The position numbers were made by a program, and so were the translations under genes. A stretch of DNA of 25,413 nucleotides from Acutalibacteraceae bacterium (GTDB lineage Bacteria > Bacillota > Clostridia > Oscillospirales > Acutalibacteraceae), in assembly GCA_051881675.1 (NCBI GenBank), contig JBJEQI010000270.1, forward strand, positions 1 to 25,413, given 5' to 3'. Below the pieces are notes generated by a model. The model did no database searches and was not told the origin of the DNA. It worked only from the letters and a program-made list of their open reading frames with translations. Position 1 is the stretch's first letter. Every line of letters starts with the position of its first letter. Shown here piece after piece: positions 17,376-24,940 of this stretch.

Positions 17376-17526
17376 CGAAACAGCCGAAACGATCGCCGAA
17401 GTGATCGCCGAAGTGATCGCTGAATCCGCAAAAACGGCGTGGCAAAAAGGCGAGCGGTCTGTCAGACGGCAAAAAGGCGGATAATTGCCGAAGAGTGATC
17501 TAAGCAGAGCGAACGGCTCGGCGATC
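17376..17526. repeat. Repeat-rich intergenic spacer: ATCGCCGAAGTG x2 plus degenerate copies, and GGCAAAAAGGCG x2
   Basis: Units at 17392, 17404 and 17416 (degenerate); GGCAAAAAGGCG at 17441 and 17468; related GCCGAAGAGTGATC and CTCGGCGATC near 17500-17526. Confidence 0.8.
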
Positions 17527-17764
17527 ACAGAGCTGATTTGATATTCTTCTCAAAAAACGCGTCGACGGTGTCGGGCGACACAGAAAAGCGCTCGCCGTCA
17601 ACGGTGACATTCACGCCCTTCTGGCACTCTCCCATGCAGAAAGTGCCCGCCAGCTCCACCTTATCCGAAAGATTGTTTTCAGCGACCAGCGCCTGAAGGC
17701 GCTCAACGACCTGACGCGAGCCCTTAATATGGCAGGACGAGCCGATACATACTGTAACTTTCAT
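17525..17764 (-). CDS. Thioredoxin-like [2Fe-2S] ferredoxin (HfsA-like)
   Basis: 'VCIGSSCHIKG' and 'GTFCMGECQKGVNV' Cys motifs; GGGAG SD. Confidence 0.92.
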   Translation of the reverse strand: MKVTVCIGSSCHIKGSRQVVERLQALVAENNLSDKVELAGTFCMGECQKGVNVTVDGERFSVSPDTVDAFFEKNIKSAL

Positions 17765-18025
17765 AAACGATCTCCCTTATTTTTCAAAATATTCCGCGCG
17801 GCAGGCTTTTGCTCTCGCGCAGCCGCCGAGACGGCGCCGAAGCGCTCAAAGCCCCGCGGAATCGAACCTTAAGTCATCATGCCCCGCACAAAACTCAAGC
17901 GGGCAAAACAATACCGCAAAGCAACAGGGCAGTGCCCGTCGCCCTGCGGTAAAAGCTTTCAGCAGTAGGCGGAAAACCGCGCTGCGCGGGGACCCCGCGC
18001 GCATCGCGCGCCGCCGCGAACCGAA

Positions 18026-18775
18026 TTATTCGTAATCGACAACATCGACCCAGCGGAGCAGGAAGTCGCGCTGCTCGGGGTTGCCCTTGACCAGCTGAGA
18101 AGCGGCGACAATCGGCAGCCATTTTTGAATATACTGCTTAGCGGTGTCGCTCTTTTTGCAGAACAAATCGAGGTATTTATCCGCTGTTTCTTTGTCGCCC
18201 GACAGCGAGAAGAGCAGATAGGTTCTTGCAACATCCGCCGACGCATTGCCCTGCGTAACGTGCGACCAGTCGAGGATATAGGGAGTGCCGTCGTCGGTGA
18301 TGATGATGTTGGAGGGGTTAAAATCGCCGTGGCAGACCTTGTTATGCTTGGGCATTCCCTCAAGGCGGGTATGCAGATCATAGCGGGTCGTCGCATCGAG
18401 GTCGGTTTCCGAGATCTTTCTCGACATTTTATCCTTCAGCTTGTTGAGCAGCGGCGCTTTTTTGGAATGAACGCTCATCTGGAGGTCAACAAACAGCTCG
18501 AGATATTCGTCGCGCCGATCGGGATTCGCCTCCATCAGGTCGGCAAGCGTTTTGCCCGCGATAAACTCCGAAACGATCGCCCATTTGCCGTCGATCTTGG
18601 TAACCTCGATAACCTTGGGGATATTCAGCCCGATCTCTTCGACGCGCGACTGATTGAGCGCCTCGTTGAGAACGTCCGACTTTGAAAAATTTTCGTTGAA
18701 CAGCTTGATCGCCTTATCGCCGTCGCGATAAATTGTTTTAGTTGTTCTAACAGCAATGACCCTGTCAAGTTTCAT
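18026..18775 (-). CDS. Aminoglycoside-phosphotransferase/kinase-fold protein
   Basis: 'AIKLF', 'NEALN', catalytic 'CHGDFNPSN' and 'ILDW' motifs. Confidence 0.88.
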   Translation of the reverse strand: MKLDRVIAVRTTKTIYRDGDKAIKLFNENFSKSDVLNEALNQSRVEEIGLNIPKVIEVTKIDGKWAIVSEFIAGKTLADLMEANPDRRDEYLELFVDLQMSVHSKKAPLLNKLKDKMSRKISETDLDATTRYDLHTRLEGMPKHNKVCHGDFNPSNIIITDDGTPYILDWSHVTQGNASADVARTYLLFSLSGDKETADKYLDLFCKKSDTAKQYIQKWLPIVAASQLVKGNPEQRDFLLRWVDVVDYE

Positions 18776-18830
18776 TTGATATTACCGTACCTTTCCGATA
18801 CATAATCTGTTTGTATCATTTACAATCATC

Positions 18831-18859
18831 AGTTTAGCATATAGCGGTGATAAAATCAA
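18831..18859 (-). promoter_or_regulatory. Sigma-A promoter for the kinase (and possibly the hfs genes)
   Basis: TTGATT-N17-TAAACT with extended TG. Confidence 0.6.
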
Positions 18860-18872
18860 CCCGTTTTTGAGT

Positions 18873-18896
18873 AAAATCACCAAATCGGCGGTGATT
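18873..18896 (-). terminator. Probable terminator after adhE
   Basis: AATCACC-N8-GGTGATT followed by TT on the minus strand. Confidence 0.5.
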
Positions 18897-18908
18897 ATTC
18901 AAAACAAT

Positions 18909-21539
18909 TTATACATTCTGATCGTTGTTGCCGTAGTATGCATTGAGATACATCTGCTTGATCTCGCTCATGAGCGGATAGCGGGGGTTCGCGCCGGTGC
19001 ACTGATCGTCGAACGCCTGCTCGGTCATATCGTCAAGACGGTCAAGGAAATCTTTCTCATCAATGCCGTATTCCTTGATCGAAGATTTGATGCCGATCTT
19101 GACTTTCAGCTCGTTGATCGCGTCGATCAGGCCCTGAACCTTTGCTTCATCGGTCTTGCCCTTAATGCCGAGATAATCGGCAACCTCGGCATAGCGAGCG
19201 AGCGTATGCGGATGATCGTACTGCGGGAAGGTGCCCATCTTAGTCGGAACCTCGGCGGAGTTGAAGCGGATGACCTGCTCGAGCATGAGCGCATTGGCAA
19301 CGCCGTGGGGCAGGTGGTGGAACGCACCGAGCTTATGTGCCATCGAATGGCAGACGCCGAGGAACGCATTGGCAAACGCCATACCCGCCATGGTAGCGGC
19401 ATGCGCCATCTGCTCGCGCGCTTTCGGATCGGCGGCGCCGTTGTCATATGCGCGGGGGAGATACTCAAAGATCATTTTCAGCGAACGCAGCGCCAAACCG
19501 TCGGTAAAGTCGGTCGCCATAACCGAAGCATAGGCTTCGAGGGCGTGGGATACCGCGTCGATACCCGAAGCGGAGGTCAGACCCTTGGGGGCGTTCATCA
19601 TCATGTCGGCGTCAACGATCGCCATGTTCGGCATCAGCTCATAGTCAGCCAGCGGGTATTTTACGCCGGTTTTCTCGTCGGTGATAACGGCGAAGGGGGT
19701 AACCTCCGAGCCGGTGCCCGCCGAGGTCGGAACGGCGATGAAATACGCCTTTTCGCCCATTTTCGGGAAGGTGTAAACGCGCTTTCTGATGTCGGAAAAG
19801 CGCATTGCCATATCCATAAAGTCAACATCGGGATGCTCATAGAGAACCCACATGATCTTTGCCGCGTCCATAGCCGAACCGCCGCCGATCGCGATGACGC
19901 AGTCGGGCTTGAACTCGGTCATGAGCTTCGCGCCCTCTTTTGCGCAGGCAAGGGTCGGGTCGGGAGCGACATTCGAGAAGGTGGTGTGCATAATTCCCAT
20001 TTCATCCAGCTTGTCGGTGACGGGCTTGGTGTAGCCGTTGTTATACAGGAAAGAGTCGGTTACGACAAACACTCTCTTTTTGCCGAGAACGTCGCCCAGC
20101 TCGCACAGCGCAACAGGCAGACAGCCTTTTTTGATATAGGTTTTTTCAGGTGCTCTGAACCACAGCATATTCTCTCTCCTCTTTGCAACGGTTTTAATGT
20201 TGATCAGGTGCTTTACGCCGATATTCTCCGAAACGGAGTTGCCGCCCCATGAGCCGCAGCCGAGGGTGAGCGACGGAGCCAGCTTGAAGTTGTAAAGGTC
20301 ACCGATACCGCCGTGCGACGAGGGAGTATTGACCAAGCAGCGGCAGGTTTTCATTCTGGCGGCGAATGCCGCGAGCTTATCCTTTTCGGTGGTTTCGTTC
20401 AGATAAACCGAAGAGGTATGACCGAAGCCGCCGTCCGCGATCAGATGCTCGGCTTTGTCAAGAGCATCCTCAAAGGTTTTGGCTCTGTACATAGCGAGAA
20501 CGGGAGAGAGCTTCTCATGCGCGAATTCTTCGGAAATATCCACGCTCTCGACCTCGCCGATGATGATCTTGGTCTTTTCGGGAACGTCAACGCCCGCGAG
20601 AGCGGCGATGGTGTGCGCCGACTGACCCGCAATCTTGGAATTGAGCGCGCCGTTGATGATCATGGTCTTTCTGACCTTATCGGTTTCCTCGGGATTCAGG
20701 AAATAGCAGCCGCGCTTTGCAAATTCGGCTTTGACCGCGTCGTAGACCTTATCCAGCGCGATGACCGACTGCTCGGAAGCGCAGATAACGCCGTTGTCAA
20801 ATGTTTTGGAATGGATGATCGAGTTGACCGCGAGAATCACGTCGGCGGTGTCGTCGATGATAGCGGGGGTATTGCCCGCGCCGACGCCGAGGGCGGGCTT
20901 GCCGCTGGAATAAGCCGCCTTTACCATGCCGGGGCCGCCGGTGGCGAGGATGATGTCGACTTCTTTCATCAGCAGGTTGGTCAGATCGAGGCTCGGAACG
21001 TCAATCCAGCTGATGATGCCCGCGGGAGCGCCTGCCTTAACAGCCGCCTCGAGGACGATCTTCGCCGCCGCAATGGTGCAGTTCTTAGCGCGCGGATGCG
21101 GGCTGATGATAATACCGTTGCGGGTTTTCAGCGAGATGAGTGTTTTGAAGATAGCGGTCGAAGTCGGGTTGGTGGTGGGGATAACCGCACCGACAACGCC
21201 GAGCGGCTCGGCAACGCGCTGAACGCCGAAAGCCTCGTCGTCTTCGATGACGCCGCAGGTCTTGGTGTTCTTATACTGATTATAAATATACTCAGCGGCA
21301 TAGTGGTTTTTGATAACTTTATCCTCCACAATGCCCATGCCCGTTTCTTCCACCGCCATTTTTGCGAGCGGAATGCGCTGAGCGTTCGCCGCCATAGCGG
21401 CCTCAAAAAAGATCTTGTCGACCTGCTCCTGCGTGTAGGTCGCAAAAATCTTCTGCGCCTCGCGGACAGAAGCCAGCGCGGCCTCAAAGCTCTCGACGCT
21501 GTCGACAACGGCACGTGTGTTCTTAGTCTTTTTCTCCAT
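18909..21539 (-). CDS. adhE: Bifunctional acetaldehyde-CoA/alcohol dehydrogenase
   Basis: 876 aa; 'PTTNPTSTA', 'ATGGPGMV', 'CASEQS', 'HEKLSPVL', linker 'LGCGSWGGNS', 'GGGSAMDAAK', 'PTSAGTGSEVT', 'HSMAHK...HG'. Confidence 0.98.
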   Translation of the reverse strand: MEKKTKNTRAVVDSVESFEAALASVREAQKIFATYTQEQVDKIFFEAAMAANAQRIPLAKMAVEETGMGIVEDKVIKNHYAAEYIYNQYKNTKTCGVIEDDEAFGVQRVAEPLGVVGAVIPTTNPTSTAIFKTLISLKTRNGIIISPHPRAKNCTIAAAKIVLEAAVKAGAPAGIISWIDVPSLDLTNLLMKEVDIILATGGPGMVKAAYSSGKPALGVGAGNTPAIIDDTADVILAVNSIIHSKTFDNGVICASEQSVIALDKVYDAVKAEFAKRGCYFLNPEETDKVRKTMIINGALNSKIAGQSAHTIAALAGVDVPEKTKIIIGEVESVDISEEFAHEKLSPVLAMYRAKTFEDALDKAEHLIADGGFGHTSSVYLNETTEKDKLAAFAARMKTCRCLVNTPSSHGGIGDLYNFKLAPSLTLGCGSWGGNSVSENIGVKHLINIKTVAKRRENMLWFRAPEKTYIKKGCLPVALCELGDVLGKKRVFVVTDSFLYNNGYTKPVTDKLDEMGIMHTTFSNVAPDPTLACAKEGAKLMTEFKPDCVIAIGGGSAMDAAKIMWVLYEHPDVDFMDMAMRFSDIRKRVYTFPKMGEKAYFIAVPTSAGTGSEVTPFAVITDEKTGVKYPLADYELMPNMAIVDADMMMNAPKGLTSASGIDAVSHALEAYASVMATDFTDGLALRSLKMIFEYLPRAYDNGAADPKAREQMAHAATMAGMAFANAFLGVCHSMAHKLGAFHHLPHGVANALMLEQVIRFNSAEVPTKMGTFPQYDHPHTLARYAEVADYLGIKGKTDEAKVQGLIDAINELKVKIGIKSSIKEYGIDEKDFLDRLDDMTEQAFDDQCTGANPRYPLMSEIKQMYLNAYYGNNDQNV

Positions 21540-21641
21540 ATCACGAACTCCTTTTAGAATAATTACCGATAGTGTAATTATGGGTTTTCGGGCGGCAGCA
21601 GCGCTATCGCTCCATGCAGAGATATACGCCGTCCCACCGAT

Positions 21642-21659
21642 TTGTTAATATTTTAACAT
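21642..21659. promoter_or_regulatory. Rex operator overlapping the adhE -10 element
   Basis: TTGTTAA-TATT-TTAACAT, one mismatch to the clostridial TTGTTAAnnnnTTAACAA consensus. Confidence 0.85.
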
Positions 21660-21678
21660 ACTTTAGTATTTTTGTAAA
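21650..21678 (-). promoter_or_regulatory. Sigma-A promoter for adhE
   Basis: TTTACA-N17-TAAAAT with extended TG. Confidence 0.75.
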
Positions 21679-21792
21679 ATACCTTTTGCTGATAGCCGAT
21701 ATACCTTTTTGATATAGCACCGCCGCGCGACAAAGTTCTGCCGTGCGGCGGGATTATCTAAATTCAATTTTTCAAAATCAAATTTTTTAAAA

Positions 21793-22578
21793 TCAATTTT
21801 TGTCGATCTGTTCGCCCGTTTTCGTAAAATAATGAATACCGTCATACAGAATATAATCGTTGGTTTCACCGTGGGACAGCACCGCCGCGATAAAGTCGGA
21901 GATGCTCTCCAGCGGCTTTTTGAACAGCATTCCCGAGCCGTAAAGCGCCGTGTTGTGCATATCCGAGCCGGCGGTGGTGGGCAGACCGTATTGATTCGCA
22001 TATTCAAAAGCGCGCGGATTGGTGAGATGATCCTCGTTTTCGGGACAATACTCCGGGTGGCCGGGAACGACGTGCGGATGCTTCGCGTTGATCCCCTCCA
22101 CCCCGTCAACATACGCGGGGAACAGGCGAATCTCGGGGATATAGTCGCGCTTCCTAAACGGATGCGCATGAATGACCATACCGCCCGCTTCATGCACCAG
22201 TCGGTATTGCTCCTCGACCGTGCAGCTGCGCAGCTCCGGATGCTGTTTCATCCATTCCTCACCAAGGCCGTAAACCAAAAATTCCGTCGCAGAGAATCCG
22301 GACTCCCAACCGCAGAATACCTTGATTCCGAGCCGATCGCCCGCCGCCTTGGCATTGCGATAGCCCGCGAAGAATTGGTGGCACCACTCCTCCCACGGCA
22401 GATCGCGGGAGGGGCGGGTGTTTCCGCCGAAGTGATGATCGGTAATGATCACCCCGTCGTAGCCCGCCGCTTTGTACGCCGCGACGATCTCCTCGGCGGG
22501 GCAGCAGCCGCAGGCGCTCCCCTCGGAGGTATGCATATGCGTTTCATATAAATAAGTATACTCGCTGATGTTGGTCAT
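21793..22578 (-). CDS. PHP-domain metal-dependent phosphoesterase
   Basis: 'ETHMHTSEGS', 'ITDHH', 'HAHPFR', 'GSDMH'. Confidence 0.92.
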   Translation of the reverse strand: MTNISEYTYLYETHMHTSEGSACGCCPAEEIVAAYKAAGYDGVIITDHHFGGNTRPSRDLPWEEWCHQFFAGYRNAKAAGDRLGIKVFCGWESGFSATEFLVYGLGEEWMKQHPELRSCTVEEQYRLVHEAGGMVIHAHPFRKRDYIPEIRLFPAYVDGVEGINAKHPHVVPGHPEYCPENEDHLTNPRAFEYANQYGLPTTAGSDMHNTALYGSGMLFKKPLESISDFIAAVLSHGETNDYILYDGIHYFTKTGEQIDKN

Positions 22579-22662
22579 GTTGGTTGTCCTTTCATTGTTG
22601 CTGTCAGATAAAATAGGGAGTGCGGCGCAATTGCGCCTTTCGTACCATGATTGCGGAGCGGG

Positions 22663-22986
22663 CTATCTGCCGTCCCACATATATTTTTCCAGGTCAACGG
22701 TATCTCCGTTCACCTCGATACCGTCCGCGCGTAAAAGCTCCGCCTGCGCCGAGCCGCCGCCGAACGCAAACGAGCCGGATAGGCGCCCGAAACGGTCCAC
22801 CACCCGAAAGCAGGGGATGTGCTCGGGGTCGGGGTTGGCATGAAGCGCATACCCCACCACGCGCGCAAGGCGCCTGTTGCCGCAAAGCGCGGCAATCTGC
22901 CCGTAGGTCGCGACCCTGCCGCGCGGTATGCGACGCACGACCTCGTATATTTTTTCAAATGTGTTCATAAAGCCACCGTCTGTCAT
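22663..22986 (-). CDS. Single-domain MGMT/ATL family protein
   Basis: 'IPRGRVATYGQIAAL', 'ARVVGYAL', 'IPCFRVV', 'Q..LLRADGI'; ATGA overlap with the upstream gene (alternative start at 22968). Confidence 0.9.
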   Translation of the reverse strand: MTDGGFMNTFEKIYEVVRRIPRGRVATYGQIAALCGNRRLARVVGYALHANPDPEHIPCFRVVDRFGRLSGSFAFGGGSAQAELLRADGIEVNGDTVDLEKYMWDGR

Positions 22987-24836
22987 CCCGCACGGCGCTC
23001 CGCTCTCCCGCCGCCGAAGGAGCTGTTTTTCACCGAAGAATCACCCTTCGATGAATCGCTCTTCGAGGAGCCGCTCTTCGCCCGAACGTTCTTGATCCAG
23101 CCGTTCATCCTCTCGCGAATCACATCGAACTGCGACGGACCGACCGTAAGGATGAATCGGCGAAACTCCTTCTCCGAAAAAGCGTCGCCGAGCGCCTTCT
23201 GTGCCTCGTCTTGCAGGGAGATCAGCTCGAGATAGCCTATATAATAGGTAAGATAGGTCACCGGCATCTCCAACAGCGTTTCATAGATTTCGCGGGCGGT
23301 AGTCTCGTCGATACCCATTCCCTCAAAGAATTGTTGCGCGGTTTCATACGTCCACCCGTCGTAGTGGATGCCAATATCGGCAAGACAGTAGAGGATAAAC
23401 CCGAACTCGCGATCCAGCATATCGAACTGCTGCACCGATTTGTCGGCATTTGTCAAGCCGTATGCGTACATTTCGGCATAAATACCCCAGCCCTCGTCGT
23501 AGCCCGAAAAGCTCATGCAGCTGCGCACTAAAGCGGGGTTGGTCGAGTGAAAATAGGTCGTCTGATACAGGTGACCGGGGAATCCCTCGTGCGCCAGCGT
23601 GGTAAAATCAAGGTCGGTTCCGCTTTGCTGTGAGCGGTTGATATAGATGTGGTTATCGTTGATATTGTCGACGGGCGACAGTATGTAATAGGCAGGGTTG
23701 GCATACTTTTCCATCGACTTCGGCACATCGTGTACCGTAAAATCGCAGTCGGGTGAGAGCGGAAAATCGCTCTCAATAGCCGATTTCAGGTCATTCAGCA
23801 CCTGCGTCGGATCGCTCACATCCATCGTCGGATTCCCGGCTTTTTCGAGCAGATCGGGGTCTTCCGCGAGCAGCTGCTGCGTCTTTTGTGAGCAATACAT
23901 CATCCTGCTCTGCAATTTCAGCCGAATCTGATCCACCGACATCGCCGAGCCTGTCATCGACCGCGCCAACAGCCCATAATACTCCTTGCCGTTTTTAAAC
24001 GTGCAAAGTCTGCCGTCGCCCTTGCATTTGCCCTTCAGCGCTTTCAGCTCCTTTTGCAGATACTGATAAGACGGAACGACCGATTCCGCAAACAACTTCT
24101 TATTTTCGGCGATATATTCCGCCTTTTGCTTCTGGCTGAGAAAGTCCAGCGCGTTGATGCGCTCGTTAAAGCTGTCGATCATGAAATGGTTTTTCGTATC
24201 GGCGATAAACTCGGCGCACTGATCGATCGTTTTGTCTGTCAGCGCGTCGGGCATAAAGGTGCCCGCCTTGACCTGTTCGCCCGCAAAGCGAATCAGCTCT
24301 GCAAAATAATCGGGGAACTGTTTCAGTATTTCAAAATAATCGTCGATATCCTGCTCGCCGTAAAACGCATAGGACGCAAGCAGCGTCGGCAGCGTCGACT
24401 GCTGTCCGCCCTGCGCACCGAGCAGATTGCCGTAAAGGCGGTATTCATCGACCTCCAAAAGGCGCAGGTTGTCTTCAAGATACGCCCGCAGAACCTCGGC
24501 GTCATAGCGCTGGCGCGGGGTAAGGAGGTCCGTGTCGATCTCCGCCAGTCGGTCGGACCACTGCGACACATCCTCGTAGCTTTCCGCATATGTTTCGGCG
24601 GTGAAGTCGCCGAGCGAAACGCTGTAACCGTCGATCCCCGCCGCCGCGGGGTCGGCCAGCACAAAATGAAGATTCAAGATGTTGTCCGTCAACTCTTCTC
24701 TCGCAATCTCATCCGCGAGGCTGTCAAACGCCGCCCGCGCCGAGGCAGTTTCGTTTACGGGGAACAACGTGCAGGAGGAAAGAATCAGCATGACTGCCGT
24801 AAACGCCGCCAACAGCGCCGAAATCCGCTTTTTCAT
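22983..24836 (-). CDS. DUF885 family lipoprotein
   Basis: Lipobox 'LILSSC', 'PAYYILSP', 'LAHEGFPGHLYQ', 'GYDEGWGIYAE', 'YLTYYIGY'; GGAGG SD. Confidence 0.9.
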   Translation of the reverse strand: MKKRISALLAAFTAVMLILSSCTLFPVNETASARAAFDSLADEIAREELTDNILNLHFVLADPAAAGIDGYSVSLGDFTAETYAESYEDVSQWSDRLAEIDTDLLTPRQRYDAEVLRAYLEDNLRLLEVDEYRLYGNLLGAQGGQQSTLPTLLASYAFYGEQDIDDYFEILKQFPDYFAELIRFAGEQVKAGTFMPDALTDKTIDQCAEFIADTKNHFMIDSFNERINALDFLSQKQKAEYIAENKKLFAESVVPSYQYLQKELKALKGKCKGDGRLCTFKNGKEYYGLLARSMTGSAMSVDQIRLKLQSRMMYCSQKTQQLLAEDPDLLEKAGNPTMDVSDPTQVLNDLKSAIESDFPLSPDCDFTVHDVPKSMEKYANPAYYILSPVDNINDNHIYINRSQQSGTDLDFTTLAHEGFPGHLYQTTYFHSTNPALVRSCMSFSGYDEGWGIYAEMYAYGLTNADKSVQQFDMLDREFGFILYCLADIGIHYDGWTYETAQQFFEGMGIDETTAREIYETLLEMPVTYLTYYIGYLELISLQDEAQKALGDAFSEKEFRRFILTVGPSQFDVIRERMNGWIKNVRAKSGSSKSDSSKGDSSVKNSSFGGGRAERRAG

Positions 24837-24940
24837 TTTGGTGACCTCCGTATGTATTGTATCAGGGAAGAAACAGCCCGCGGCAGCTGTCCAAGTATCC
24901 TGCCGCAGGCATAAATACTGAATCGGCTGTGAGAAAGCGG

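Noticed and set aside
17376-17427. Short repeats here and at 1050-1101 considered as CRISPR arrays
   Set aside because: Units are 11-12 bp, directly adjacent with no unique spacers, and no cas genes are present
17346-17528. 60-aa ORF (AITS-AITS-AIVS) whose GTG overlaps the ferredoxin stop
   Set aside because: Its repetitiveness comes from the DNA repeats; it has no SD and no domain signal, so it is most likely incidental
17858-17868. GGTTCGATTCC on the minus strand, a tRNA T-loop-like motif
   Set aside because: Only 2 bp of T-stem, and no acceptor stem, D-arm, anticodon arm or CCA; not a tRNA or tmRNA end
18026-18775. Interpretation of the APH-fold gene as an antibiotic-resistance determinant
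   Set aside because: It sits in a housekeeping fermentation locus with no mobile-element context and has only the generic kinase motifs
11417-24914. Long antisense ORFs (e.g. 11417-12763, 12835-14436, 15942-17423, 18867-20252, 20313-21557, 24054-24914 on +) and similar shadows elsewhere
   Set aside because: Each mirrors a well-supported minus-strand gene, shows no recognisable motif, and is expected from codon bias in GC-rich DNA
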